Below are positions 25,801 to 38,699 of a DNA stretch of 64,000 nt, piece after piece. The notes beneath the pieces are model-generated. The model was not told where the DNA came from, did not search any database, and saw only the letters and a program-made list of their open reading frames with translations. Positions within the stretch are counted from its first letter, which is position 1; every line of letters begins with the position of its first letter. Origin of the DNA: Tubulanus polymorphus. Its lineage: Eukaryota > Animalia > Nemertea. Position numbers and translations under genes: made by a program. The stretch is taken from contig NC_134027.1 of the NCBI RefSeq assembly GCF_964204645.1, positions 16,648,485 through 16,712,484 on the forward strand. The letters are read 5' to 3'.

Positions 25801-27829
25801 TTAAACACTGATTTAAACTATTATCAAACTATACGCCCACGGGCCTTGTGAAGTCTGAGCATCGGGTAAAGTACTTTGCATAGCCAAGACATTTTAAAAT
25901 GACTTTGAGCACGGATTCTCAATCCCCATTTCTGCAAAATTCATTAAATTCAAAAAAATTCTTTTAGTCCTTCATGTTTTCATCAGAAAAACATTTAGTG
26001 TCCGGCTTGACTTACAATCGGGTAACTCTTCAACAGTTCTTCAACTTTGTGATTTACCAAGTGCAAAAGTTCTTTTCATTTCTCGTATCGAATTTGTCAC
26101 AATATCCACCCCGTTGTTGTGTTCATGACACACTGCCGTATAGGCAAGCGTCTCAAGTTTGTCCACCTCACAGCATCAAATTTGAGGTCCAATCAGCCAG
26201 CCGTCCCTGGTCGCCGGATGAACATCCGGAGAGCAGACGCGGTCAAAAACCGCAAAGCCTGCAGCGCTAAAGGCGTTTTTGAAGCCATACGTTTTATGTT
26301 TATATGCTTAAGAAATCTGGTTTGTTTGATCGGTGTTCAATTATGCAAATCAGTACAGCGCAGCAATCGTCTGCACATCAAAAGTAAAGTTTTTTCATCA
26401 ATATAACCAGTGGCTTGCAAAAAATGAGCATAAAAATTTCAAATACGTTGAAATAGATTTATATTTTAATAGATTATCCATAACACTGACAAATTTAATT
26501 AATATTTATTGTCTCTTTAGTTTTAGACATCTCCGATAGTACACGTTACGTGGCGCCACTAGTGCTAGTGACTCATTCAGTGATACGTGCAATACAAAAT
26601 TTCCCATGCCCCAGCCCACGAAAATGAGGGCATCAATCAAAAATCTGAAATTTCAGCGTTCAAATCGCAGTTGTTATCACGGAGATGTTCAAAAGGTTAC
26701 TCTTACGTTTCGAGTCATATTAATGAGTCTAAGCTACGCTTAGACCTAAAATCTATAATTAAACTATTCATTAAAATAGTCCTTGCAATAAACAGGAATC
26801 TGGAATTTTATCAAATTTTTTCTTTGTTTGACAATGTGCTTAGCCGACTAACGGTGCCAACTACCAGCCACAGGCGCCATCTGTAGTTCAGAGGTGAAAT
26901 GAAATAGCTCTAGACAATCTCACACGCGTGTACTCACTGCCTGTTCTGTGCGCGTCCACGCTAAAGTTGATTGAATGTGGGTGGGTCCCGGACCCCTGAT
27001 AAGTGCTCGTGTACATACCGCACCTGAGAATTTTTTTACAATGAAGAAAACTGTGGAAGTGATTAGGTTATCAATGCACCATATGCTGTGGACTATGCAC
27101 TGAGTTGCCATGATATCGCCGTAGTTAGGATTTGCTGTACGGATAATGCACTAAGGTCGAATCAGGTTGTTAGTCATTTTCATTATTTTCTATACACACC
27201 TATATTCGGCCGATATAAAACTTGAATGTTTCATTTTGAACTATGTATTAAAAGATATACAAAATATCTAAGAGAAACAACATCAAAATCTATATCACTA
27301 TATCTCTCTTAAACATCAAATGAAATGAAAATATTTGTAAATACTTAACACATCTCATCGATAGAAACCAATATGACAAAACTGTAAAATTATAATTGTG
27401 ACAATAGCAGAAGTAATTTCTATCCAGATTAGGTTCAGAAACAACAAAAACCAAAAAACATGTGTAAAAACCATAACATTTAATCATTTGACTGCACAAT
27501 ATTTCTAATTCCAATTCCACACATATGACCAATTTTGCAGGAAACCTGAACAAGTTTTAGGATGCTACGGTGTTTAGTCAGAGGTTATTCTGTCATTCGT
27601 GAATTTATCATCAAGATGGTTATAATAGTAGTGCCCAATGGGACCTTCCTTTTAAGTTTTACGCTCAATTAAGTTATGGTAACTGGTCTGGAAAAAGATG
27701 AATACCATAGACTGGCACCATAAATACAGAAATCATTCAATAGTTTTTGGTGAAATGTGCAAAGTTCCAGCCTCAGGCAGTTATGCTAACAACAGAATAT
27801 TAATTGTGATAGTTGTAATTGACACTTAC

Positions 27830-27934
27830 CCGAATTCATGAATATCTGTTTGACCAATATCATATGCAAGAAGTGCTGCAGATGGCTCATTAATGACACG
27901 TAAAATGTTGAACCCGGCCAATTCTGCTCCAGAG
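27830..27934 (-). CDS. HSPA14: HSPA14 coding exon, 105 bp, phase 2/2
   Basis: ttccag|C TCT...TTC GG|gtaagt; SGAELAGFNILRVINEPSAALLAYDIGQTDIHEF(G), the Hsp70 AG..vlR.inEP.AA.laY signature. Confidence 0.95.
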
Positions 27935-28310
27935 CTGGAAATCAAACAAATGAGAATTCTAAGCACTTAGTAAAAATATACTAAAATATAAGTATCGGCA
28001 AATAATATCAGGTATTATTTTTTTGCACTGCTATTATTGGATTGATACAACTGTAGTGTAGTGAGCTTTTTCTTTGCAACTTATTTTTCATTATGCTTTA
28101 TGGATAATTTCTTGATATTTTTCGTATTTCATATTTTCAAATACTTAGATTCAAACATCTATGCTTCACTCTATAATATGCTGACATGTACATATAACTC
28201 TATTGTGACATGGTACGTTGTTCCAATGGTTAATTCCTGTATGTATTGTTAGCTGTTTAATACCTCATGGCTATGCAAGAAGAGCTATTCTCTAACAGAA
28301 ATTGTACGTA

Positions 28311-31240
28311 TCAATTCAATTCAATTTAATTCAATTCAATTCAAAATAACATTACCACAGCTTAATATAATTACAAAGCATATCATTGGTTTACAGTAAT
28401 AAAGTACAGGACAGCAAACTAGAGAATATTAAGTGGACACATATAGTTTGAAATCATTGTCAAAACATGAAATAATAAGTAGAAATTTGCTATCGGAGTC
28501 ACGGGACATTAAGGATGGAAATTTTTCAGAGATGTGGCCGAGAAATTTATTGCTTGTAACAGAAAGAGTGAACATGAGAGGAGGAAGTATTTTTCGTCTT
28601 CAATTAAGTTTGAATTGCAGAGGGGGCAAGTCCTTTCAGAAATGGGGGTGATGGGGCGACAGTGGCGACCAGTTTCAATATTGAGTGTCTGCTTGTAGAG
28701 TCTTAATTTGGAAAGCTGACGCCTTTTCTCAAATGAGAGAGATAATAAGCAATTTTATAGATGAAATCTTTTCTTGAAAGTTTTGTATGTCTTTAATTTA
28801 GAGTTTGACGGGTCATTAATGAAATCAAGCCATTTAGTCTAATAGATGCTTAAATCGAAGTTTAATTGCTTGGATTACAGAAGGTTTGCCAAAACCTTGA
28901 TTATACCAGACTTTAGAATATTGGAAAAGGTTTAAGATAGACTGGACACCAGATGACCAGTTTTTTTATGATAAAGAAGAGACATTGAGATTACAGAGAC
29001 GAAACCAATATTTGATAATAGAAGGGATAATGGTGTAGACAATAGGAAACAAACCAAGTTCGCCGCGAGTAGCAGCATTGGAGGTTCTTCGGTTAACACC
29101 AAGAAGAAAGTTAGCATATTTAAGGAGGATATTTTCAGCAGGTACGGTGTGACAACAATCAAACAAGTTGATAGGATCAATTTTAGAAAAGAAAAAGGAT
29201 CCCCAAACTTCGGAACCGTAGGAGAAGATGGGAAGGTCAAGGAAACGGGAGATGTTGTCACGGGTGTCGAGAGATTTAAGACTAAAAAGGGCACTATTGG
29301 CTAGGTCAACTAATCTGGAACAGGCATTTTTGAATTGACCAGCAATACTAAAAACAATTCTGAGATAGCAATAAGACCTTACAATTTCGATGGGTTTATC
29401 ATTGAAGAAAAATTTATCTTTTTGGAGAAGGTGGCCGTTTTTGGCGAAAATGATAATCTTAGTCTTGTTGACGTTAACAGTGAGTCCCCACAGCTGGCAG
29501 TAGGAACTGAGTTTAGAGATAGCCAGTTTGAGGCCAGAAGCTGATTTTGAGATGATGACTAAATCGTCAGCGTATAACTAGGAAGTGGTTTCAAATGCTC
29601 AACAATCTAACACTTTCATTATTCAACGCCCCCTGGTGACAATGTACAAAAACCAATGACCTTGAAACTCACAACAAAATATAGAATATGTCAGCAGCTA
29701 TGATTTTTTAATTCATTGTGATAGCAAAATATGCTACGTTACCAATTTAATATGGAAATACTAAGTTATTCTACTATTCAACGCTCCCTGGTGACCATAT
29801 TCAAAACCCAATAACCATGTAACTCCCCACAATCATAGAACATGTCATGAACTCCAACTTTGCAATTGATCATGGTAACAAAATATGCCTAGGTACCAAT
29901 ATAATAAGGAAATACTAGGTTATTATACTATTCATCGCCCCCTGGTGACCATATAGAATAACTAATTGATTGTGGTAACAAAATATGAATTGGTACAAAT
30001 ATAATATAGAAATACTAAGATATTGTATTATTCAACGCCGCCTGGTGGCCATATACAAAAACCAATGAACTTGAAACTCACCACAATCATAGAACACGTT
30101 ATAAGCTACAACTTTCTAATTCATTGTTGTAAAAAAATATGCTTTAATATATATGCTTTAAGGTATCAATATATTGTCGAAAAACTTTTTCCCACCTACG
30201 AATGAGTACTAATGACACCAAGACGGCCGCCAATTGCATCATAATTGGCTAATCAAAAATACCTGTCTCAGGTATAAAACAATCCTTTCCAAAGAATACC
30301 CATCAGCAATTGCAATGAGAAATGGCAAACCAGGAAGAAAGCCACTTAATATTTGGATGGATATATGAAAGCTGTGGGTACTGGAGTGTGTAATGGGTAG
30401 TGTAGTGTGATCTGTGTGCATTTGTGGCCAGCACACAGATCACATTGTTCATTGGGGTTTAGTCCAGGACTCGCGAGATTTTCAACAACACGGAAGTAAC
30501 GTGTAATAAATGATGACTTGAATTGCATGACTACCTACCACCCCTCATTATTGTTCGCCATATCACATCATCAACTTATATTGTGCCTTAAAACCCTAAC
30601 AGCCGAAATAATTAAAATGCACACACGATTTCTATCGTTGAAAATTGAGAGAGTGGCCGTGTTTGTGTTCTGCTGCTATGCGTAAATCCCGCAGGGTGGC
30701 GCCACCGCGCGGAGTGGGGCCGATACGTCCAGTAGGAAGCTACAGGACTCAGAATTTTGGCCAAAAATAACATTTTTGGGCACTTAAAAGGTCATAGGAC
30801 GACCATCTTGAGTCTGATCAACCCAATTTTTATATATATATATTTATATTTCAAGTATATACGAACGATCTAGATAATTGATCAAGGCATCTTCAAAATT
30901 TCCCTCAAAAAGTTCAAAAACGTGTAAAAACTGCTGATTTTGGCGAACAACAATGGCTGCCAGTCGGCCATCTTGATTCTGACAAGGCCAGTTTTTGCCA
31001 AATATCAAGACATTACCTTGAAGCATCTTCAAAACTTCCCAAAATAACTGGATTCCGTCTAAGGACAGACGGACAGACGACGGACGAAAAGTGAACGCAA
31101 AAGCCCGCTGGGACTAAAGTCCCAAGTGGGCTAATAAGCATTTGAGTTCAGTATCGGCAAGAGAGACAGGATCACAGTTGGAGAGGGCAGAGGGTAAGTA
31201 TAAGAAGTTGAAAAGGAGAGGGCTGAGAACGCAACCCTAT
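28311..31240 (-). mobile_element. 5'-truncated LINE (RTE-X-like) with (TTGAA)n tail, split by a HINE
   Basis: GCVLSPLLFN (about 31235) rejoins as KCL|LYADDLVIIS across 29578-31133; WGLTVNVNKTK; SNAATRGELGLFPI; tail at 28311-28345. Confidence 0.85.
29578..31133 (-). mobile_element. HINE-like element with internal array of about 154-bp units (copy 1)
   Basis: Inserted at TT with no clear TSD beyond the T's, ends CTAG on the minus strand; terminal hairpin GCCC..TGGGAC..GTCCCA..GGGC, GACGGACAGACG microsatellite; homologous to 55459-56875. Confidence 0.82.
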
Positions 31241-31469
31241 AAAAACAATATAACAACTTATTTGGAAATTTCGTTAAACGAAACAATCTCCGGAGTATAT
31301 CTTCTATATATTTGGAGTATGAATAAAAAATTTGATAACTTTTGGGCTACATACCTTTGAACTGGGATTTTGATTTTTTGCATTTACTGAAACATGGACT
31401 TCAGCCTGTCATGATAATAGCTCTCTATACAGAATACCTTACAATTCAGTATTTTCTAGTAGACAAGAC

Positions 31470-32482
31470 AAAGGAGGTGGTCCAGCCGTTTTCTTTAAAA
31501 ATAAGTCATTCAGCACTGATAGTGGATGCAACAGCATCACGCCTTATCTCACTGAGCAACCAAGGCCGCTCGATTCAATTCCAAAAATATACAGTAGCGG
31601 CAAATAACCATCGCGATATTGCAATTTAAGACAAATAATGTGTAAATTTGATCATTGTTGTGGTGTTCAACGCATGGAAAAGATAATAAAGAGTTATTTT
31701 TCCCGAAGCGCATTACAAAGTGAATCTATCTGCCGAGTGCAGCAGGGGCTGCTACCACCTCATGAGTGCGCAGTCAGCGGGCAAGGCATCTTTAAGTAAA
31801 AACTTATCTTAGAATCTAGCCGAACCGATGGAATTTTACAATAAACTGTCAGTCAGCTGATTGATGATACAACATGGTTATTCTCAGCATACTTTACAAT
31901 GATATTTTCCTCCAATTAACAATTCTGGTAAATTTGAATAAAATAATGTTTATTGGTGATGTCGTATCAGGGTTGGGTTGTAGTTTACCGTTTGATGTTT
32001 CGTGTCATCATGGTTTCAATTTTTTCAATTTTAGTAAAGGCATTCCTGCGCGATCACATAACTTACCTATACGGGGTTGCAGTCAAGAGTAGGCAAACCG
32101 TTCTACTGCCGTAGATATATGTATTCTGCCACTAAGAATTAATCCCAATTAATCTCATTGCTTCTAATAAGAGGAATAACAGTGATATTTATAGACTATG
32201 ATATTTATATACCGGGGTTACATAGATTTACGTTTTTCTATTCAAAAGAGGCCATTCCCCATTCTTTACTGCCAATGTCAATACGGACATATCACTACGT
32301 GATTGCTTAACCCCCTCTCATTTACCACAAAACTAACGAAAAAATACGATAGAATAACTTTTTGGGCCAATTAAAGAAAACCCGGCGACACTATCTTGTA
32401 GGGAATAATTGAAACATTATTTTGAGTCATTTTCAGCTGTGTCTAATGTTTTACGAGAACGGAGTTACAATTTGAAGTTACT
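31470..32482. repeat. Interspersed repeat, copy 2 of the SINE-carrying family (also about 5690-6945 and 49525-50360)
   Basis: Collinear similarity over about 1 kb, including the SINE head at about 31503-31570. Confidence 0.85.
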
Positions 32483-33039
32483 TCGACGTTCTAATGAATT
32501 TTCTAACTATTCTCAAACTACAGTAGATCAGTTCGACATGAACAATATGTACGTGTGAGCGATATTTATTCGCCGGACAAAAGCGACAGTCCATGTTCCC
32601 TCGTAGTATCATTCTAATGGCAATTCAGTTTAAACCACGCCATATGAGAAAGCGCACAGAACCGACCACCCTGCTACGTACCCGTCTCATCATAAACCTT
32701 AGCGTCAAGCAGTAGCGCAAAAGAGACACAGAGGTCAACAAGACGAATCCGACGCAGAGGCAGGATCGTAACAAGTAAGTCGCAGCTAACGCTGCGTTCG
32801 AATTCAACTATACACCACACAATATTGGTCGACCTGTGTGGTGTTTTTAATGCGAATTAGAATTGTTTAAAATTCATCTGCATATTGATACAAATGTTTT
32901 TTTCTTCAAGATAATACCTGGCGTATGCATAATTAATTCCTTAAAATAATTAAAATCCCTTAAAGCTTTGAATAGCTTTTGTGATTTTCTTCATCCTTTT
33001 TAGCGTAAGTTGTCTGCGTATTCAAATTTAATTAAAGGC

Positions 33040-34180
33040 AATCTCAATCTAACAACTGTGTAGACCATCAACCTAGTTTAAATGATCTAAATGACAAAGA
33101 TTTTTCAACTTTTGACTTTGACCTATATCCAGCCGAATAATCTGGGAAAATGTTTTGTTAGTAAACCAATCGATTTATTATATTACAACTTTACATTCAT
33201 AGCCTCGTAGCCAAAATCGATCTACTTAAAGTCAATATTAAAAAGTTTTTTACAAAAAAAATTGAACTACATATAATCATGTTGTGTGAGACATTTATAA
33301 ATGACCGAAACATAGACCTATATAATATCCCAGGCAATAATATTATACGTAAACATGGTCTGGTTTCTCTATACATTTTGTATCAACCTCGACAATAACC
33401 TAACACCTGCAACAATCTTGAAACCATCGGTAATTACAAATCAAAGCGCGGCTCTCATTGATAATTTATTTACCGGGGTATAAGTTTGAATCTTTGTGAA
33501 ACTTGTGACAGATGTATTCTAACCAATCATATTTCCGACCACTTGCTGTGTTTATTTCCTTACATGCGCAAACTCAATCTTTACCTTATAGTAAATGCAG
33601 CTAGAACCCGCCATTTAAACAGTGAGAAAATAACTCGAATCAACTTAAAGTTATCTATTACTGATTTGACTCATTTGGCAAACCTTAATGCAAATGACAG
33701 TTATATTTACCTGAACAAAACCATAAGCACTTTTATCGATCAAGTCGCTCCCAAAGAGTTTGGGAACGTACCGTGCAAAATCCATGGATCACTGAATCAA
33801 TAATTAAGGCATCAAACAAATGTGATCGAATGTATAGGAAAGGTTTAACTCTCGCCAGATCTGACAAAAAATACCAAGTTATGGTTGACCCTAAGAGAAA
33901 TTGTAGGCAAGAGCAATGATAAGACCACTATTACAGACTGCTTCAACATAAATGGTAAACTGTAATACAATCCGAATATCATTGGTGACTAACTCAACAA
34001 ATACTTCACTTCAATTGGTAAAACGTTTGCGGTGACCAGATCAGTAAACAATTCCATGAATATCTACCAAAAATGAATGAAAACACACAACATGTATTTC
34101 TATTTTCAACTGATAAAACTGAAATCACGAAACTCATTGAGCAACTGCCCAACAAGTCGAGCACTGGTGGGGATGATGAA
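33040..34180 (+). mobile_element. CR1-clade LINE endonuclease/linker fragments, heavily decayed
   Basis: LQLYIHSL..K, IIMLCETF, LIDNLF, ISDHL, PWIT motifs. Confidence 0.7.
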
Positions 34181-34328
34181 ATTAATAAAAGTCTATTTAA
34201 AAGAGAAACTTGATTGCCATGTAACCTTTTTCATGTCACCATATATTCCACAATTCATGGGTATTTGGTGATGTTTTACTACCAGTATTCTGGCTATATT
34301 TAAGTGAAGATTTAAATATTTATTGCAG

Positions 34329-36499
34329 CACAACCACAGCCTAAACTCCTCAAACTCCCTGCATGGAAACGTAAAAATTCAGACACTGACTCCGAAGAAA
34401 ATTCCTATTTTGGTAAGCTTACTGAATGATATTCATCATACTTGAATGTTATGATGTATGAATTTATTTTGCAACTAAACTAATCTAATACTTGTGGATA
34501 ACCCGTGATAAATCACGGGACCAACAGTCATATATAATGATTGCCATAAACGTAGCACAGAGATTTTAGTAGGAATATGAATGACAAAATATGTAGGACT
34601 ATGTATCTCAGAGGTACCTCCGAGGCTACAGTAAGTAGGTTTTATTTACTATTATGAGTTATCTAATAACTGTTTTGTGACCTGCAGTTGTAACTGACAA
34701 CAGTGGCTCAAGTCAGTGGCCTTGCCAGCAGACCCAACCGATGCGCCAACTATGAAAAGAATGATCAATTTAAAAAATTTGGTAAATGGCCCAGACCCAA
34801 CCCATGCACCATCTATGAAAAGATTGATCAATTACAAACAAAACTGGGTAAATGGCCCACCACATAAGTTCCGGAATACATTTTCATCGGAAACCTCGAC
34901 CAAGCGTTAAAAGACGTCGAGATCTGCCACTGGGCAAATTTTCAGGGCGATACATCCAGTGACGGCGGCAGTCGGTACAACAATTCGGTATCATTATATA
35001 AGATGCCAATCCATCTAACTACTCTGATTTCTGGCTAAAATAGGATGGGTTTAGTCTAACTACCTTTTACTGTATTTTTCAATTTGCTGCATCTTAATCA
35101 CTTCTTTTTTACAGTTCCTACTAATGAAAAGATCAGCTTTTTTAAGCTACCAAAACCCCTTAAACTTCCGCCGCCAGCAAAGCGCCCTCTTCAGGTTAGG
35201 AGCCCTGTTCATGTTGGTAGCTCGTGCACAACATTTAGATCGCCCTCAACGAGCCCTGTTGCTGTTCCGAGCCCGGCTGCTGATTCCGACGACAGATTCC
35301 CATTAACTGATGCTAGTAAGTGAATGATTGTCGATTTTTTTATTTTGGTGACAATTAATACTACTTTTACTGCTAGACTTTTCTTTTTCTTAGCGTTTCA
35401 GAGAAAGGTGTTATATCTGTTAAAGGATATAAGAGACCTGAATTCGTGTGCGTTAAATCGTTTGAAGAGTAGTTTTTATCTGGAGCCAGTTAGTAGTTTG
35501 GAGTCTCTGAAAGAAATGGAGTCGAATTTAAAAGATATCAAATATAAAAACCAGTTGGTATGTATTCAGGAATTCTTACATTTTGATAATACTTATAGGT
35601 AGAATATTGATTTCATGCATGTTGCAGAGGCAGTTACTGGTATAAATTGAAAGGCATGGAAGATGCTATCAAAATGTCATCATAGTTTCAACAGTCGGCA
35701 TTAATTAAGTAAAAATCCATCAGCTTACTTCTTACGTCATGGTTTACAATCAAATACAATAGAAAAATTGTTAGGAATGGCATATTTTATGCTTCCAGTG
35801 GTTAAACATAATTTTCTTAATTAGATTATTTCTTCATTTGTCATTCAGATAGACCATCTGAACTCTGTCGGTGGTGCCGATTATCAGGATTATCTTAGAT
35901 GGTGTATGCAACGGTGCGTATGAAATGGATTAATCTTTACGTTTTGATGGACATTTTCTTTGATTTGATTTCTGATTGCTTACAAATGCTGTCATGGCCG
36001 AATTTAATCTCCGCGAAAATAGGGGAAAACATGAATTACAATTTACATAATTGGGAATATACTGGTTTTTAGCATATGATCTTTAAGTTGTTGGAAATGC
36101 GGCATTAAATATTGAAGTTTTTGAAAAAAATGATCATTGAGCATTGCCGACCAATATTAAAATGGGGATGGTGTCTCTGGACCCCTACTTTCAGGTTCTA
36201 GTTCAAGTTGCGTACGTTGCAGGGCCAAGCTAGGTCAATGGAATGAGAATGAGAGACAGCGAGTTAAATTTAGTGCATGAGGGGTTTTGGATAATATGTT
36301 CCCCCGAGAGGTTCCTATTGATTACATCAATCTTACATTGTTGTTTTTTTTCATAGAATGCAGCATACAAAATTATGGACTGACTGAATTAAAAGTTGAT
36401 GAAACTATTGCTAGTCATCTCCGCTATGCGCCAGACCGTCGAGGAGGTGGTGGCAGAACACGTGCTGGTGACACAGATGATTCTGATCAGGCAACCTAA
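34329..36499 (+). pseudogene. Spliced DUF4806-like gene (EnSpm/CACTA accessory type), partly decayed
   Basis: Exons 34329-34412, about 34688-34974 (disrupted), 35115-35315, 35394-35557, 35849-35913, about 35975-36050 (acceptor reads tttctg), 36357-36499; FPLTDA|TFQRKVLYLL..., VGG.DY..., LLTNAVMAEFNL, HLRYAPDRRGGGGR. Confidence 0.72.
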
Positions 36500-36552
36500 A
36501 TTATTAATTTTATAATTCAGATAACCAGGTTTTCTGATAATAAAGTTAAATA

Positions 36553-36679
36553 CAGTAAAGCTTGCTTAATTCGGATTTTTAAATTCAGATTCAATTAATT
36601 TGGATGAAGAATTGCGTCAAATTTTTATAAATGCGGAGAAGGGCAATCCGTAGTTATCTGAATATGGTGAGTTCTACTG
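36553..36679. mobile_element. pogo/Tc1-type MITE
   Basis: TA|CAGTA...TACTG|TA with imperfect TIR of about 23 bp. Confidence 0.6.
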
Positions 36680-36756
36680 TATTTCAATGACATCCTTTTT
36701 GGAAGAATTGAAAAGGATTCAATTTATTTTTTCAAAGACTTTATATTTATTTAATT

Positions 36757-37388
36757 CAGGGTTTTTACAGATCAGGGAATTCTAGATTTTGAATTTCTTT
36801 TTTAGCACGATACAGCCTGCAATAATGTGATGATATCTCGATGTGAGATTATAGACCGGTTTATCGGTGTTCGACTGAAACCAATAATTCTTACAAACTA
36901 AATAAACATTTAAGAAAACTGCTGTTTATGAAGTATGCAATATTTTCGTTACCTGTCTTTAATTCCCCTTCGATGTTTGCTCAACCAGGGGAGTCATATT
37001 TGGCATAGTCATATTATAGTTGTTATTATGGTATAAAGACTCGTCTTTATTGCAAAAAAACCAATTATCAGTAATAGTTGGTCGCCTTTGATAAGTTTAC
37101 AATTAGACTCTGAAACAAAGGTGAATATAAGTTTGCTCCATTCCATTTATTAATGCAATGGATGATAACTTTATTTGCGATGTTTCGATAAATTTTTAAA
37201 TTTAGTCTTGTCAATTAAATGAATGAATGTACTATACGAGCAAAATTCCTGAAAATGCCATAGTGGTGATAAAGGTAACACCAGATATCATATAGGCCTA
37301 ATTTCATCAGGGAATTTTTTTGCCATGGGTCAGGGAAAATTGGGGATGTATCAGGGAATTTTCCAATTTCTGATCTGTAACAACCTTG
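36757..37388. mobile_element. CAGGGTT-terminus non-autonomous DNA transposon, aged
   Basis: CAGGGTTTTTACAGATCAG / CTGATCTGTAACAACCTTG, subterminal TCAGGGAA repeats, flanks TTAATT / TTAATA. Confidence 0.62.
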
Positions 37389-37757
37389 TTAATATTTCAG
37401 CAATGTTAAGTATTGCTTTGTTTTGTTCACTTGTTATATTTTTTCAGGGCAACATGTAATTGCATTTAAATAGTGCTGTTTATGGCGATATCATAGAGGC
37501 CCCTAACTTAATAGTGTCCAATGATGCTGAAATATAGGGTGCTCCAAAGCAAATTTCATTTTTTGAAAATCTAGGGATCTTTCTGGAGAATCGCCCTTTA
37601 TGTTTTATAATTTTTACGATAATTTAACCATTGTATTTAGTTCTGGATAAACACATAGTGGCTTAAGTTTTATTAGTTCATAATTGCTCCATGGTGACCA
37701 TTCTGAAAGCACTGCTGATTGTATGAGTGCACTAGAACTTGGATCAACCTGAGATTA

Positions 37758-38100
37758 TTTTGGGTTCTCATTGTAACTCGATGGATCGTTTGGATTCTCA
37801 TTGTAACTCGATGAATCGTTTGGGTTCTCATTGTAACTCGATGAATCGTTTGGGTTCTCATTGTAACTCGATGAATCGTTTGGGTTCTCATTGTAACTCG
37901 ATGAATCGTTTGGGTTCTCATTGTAACTCGATGAATCGTTTGGGTTCTCATTATAACTCGATGAATCGTTTGGGTTCCTATTGTAACTCGATGAATCATT
38001 TGGGTTCTCATTGTAACTCGATGAATCGTTTGGGTTTTCATTGTAACTCGATGAATCGTTTGGGTTCTCATTGTAACTCGATGAATCGTTTGGGTTCTCA
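37758..38100. repeat. 30-bp minisatellite, 11 full units plus a partial unit
   Basis: Unit TGGGTTCTCATTGTAACTCGATGAATCGTT, head to tail, few substitutions, no spacers. Confidence 0.97.
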
Positions 38101-38186
38101 ATGTATACCGTAGAGAAGAGGTTTTCTGATAACATATCACAAACATTTTAATGAATGTAGGTACATGTACAAGGCATCAGTAAGGT

Positions 38187-38250
38187 ACAATGATACCTGC
38201 AACAACTAAAAGGATTCTGAATCCCTTTAGTTGTTGGAGGTATTCATTGT
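38187..38250. repeat. Near-perfect palindrome/hairpin of about 64 bp
   Basis: ACAATGATACCTGCAACAACTAAAAGGATTC t GAATCCCTTTAGTTGTTGGAGGTATTCATTGT. Confidence 0.88.
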
Positions 38251-38371
38251 TTCATTGTTTGTAGCTTTTGAGTTGAATGTTAAGTTGATGATAAATGTTA
38301 AAAACCCACTATATACAAATTACTACATGTAGTTTAAAAATCACGAAATTATTAAGTCAAAGATTTTAAGG

Positions 38372-38415
38372 GACACGACGTTTCGGTCACACTCTAGAAA
38401 TCATCGTCAGGTGTC
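38372..38415 (-). ncRNA. Minimal hammerhead ribozyme motif (sense to HSPA14)
   Basis: GACAC-CTGACGA-t-GATT..GACC-GAAA-CGTC-GTGTC; perfect 5-bp stem I, one mismatch in stem II. Confidence 0.75.
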
Positions 38416-38428
38416 ATGTGTCAGGTTT

Positions 38429-38472
38429 GACACCTGATGATGATCTCTAGAGTTTGATCGAAACGTCGTATC
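38429..38472 (+). ncRNA. Minimal hammerhead ribozyme motif (antisense to HSPA14)
   Basis: GACAC-CTGATGA-t-GATC..GATC-GAAA-CGTC-GTATC; perfect 4-bp stem II, one mismatch in stem I. Confidence 0.75.
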
Positions 38473-38699
38473 TTTTTAAATCTTTGACTTATTAACTTCT
38501 TGATTTTTAAACTAGTAATTTGTATATAGTGGGTTTTAAACATTTTATCTATCATCCACGTTTGAGTGTGGTTATTCGTTGATGAGTCTGTCATGTATCA
38601 TCATGCAGACACAAATGACAGAATAAAAAAGCTTTTATAATTATTCACGATTTGTTGAAATTCCTTTCTTGGTTAAATTCTCATCGATTATTTGCAAGT

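Larger units (their letters stand above)
38288..38577. mobile_element. Head-to-head inverted pair of Penelope-type terminal repeats, no ORF
   Basis: Arms of about 125 bp around a short spacer of about 10 bp; homologous to the pLTRs at 54292-54432 and 54745-54873, which flank a GIY-YIG fragment. Confidence 0.85.

Noticed and set aside
37673-38146. Repetitive ORFs (TQTIHRVTMR / ENPNDSSSYN / SHCNSMNRLG) and a CRISPR-like look
   Set aside because: Head-to-tail 30-bp minisatellite without spacers; a unit length divisible by 3 keeps several frames open by chance; eukaryotic context with no cas genes
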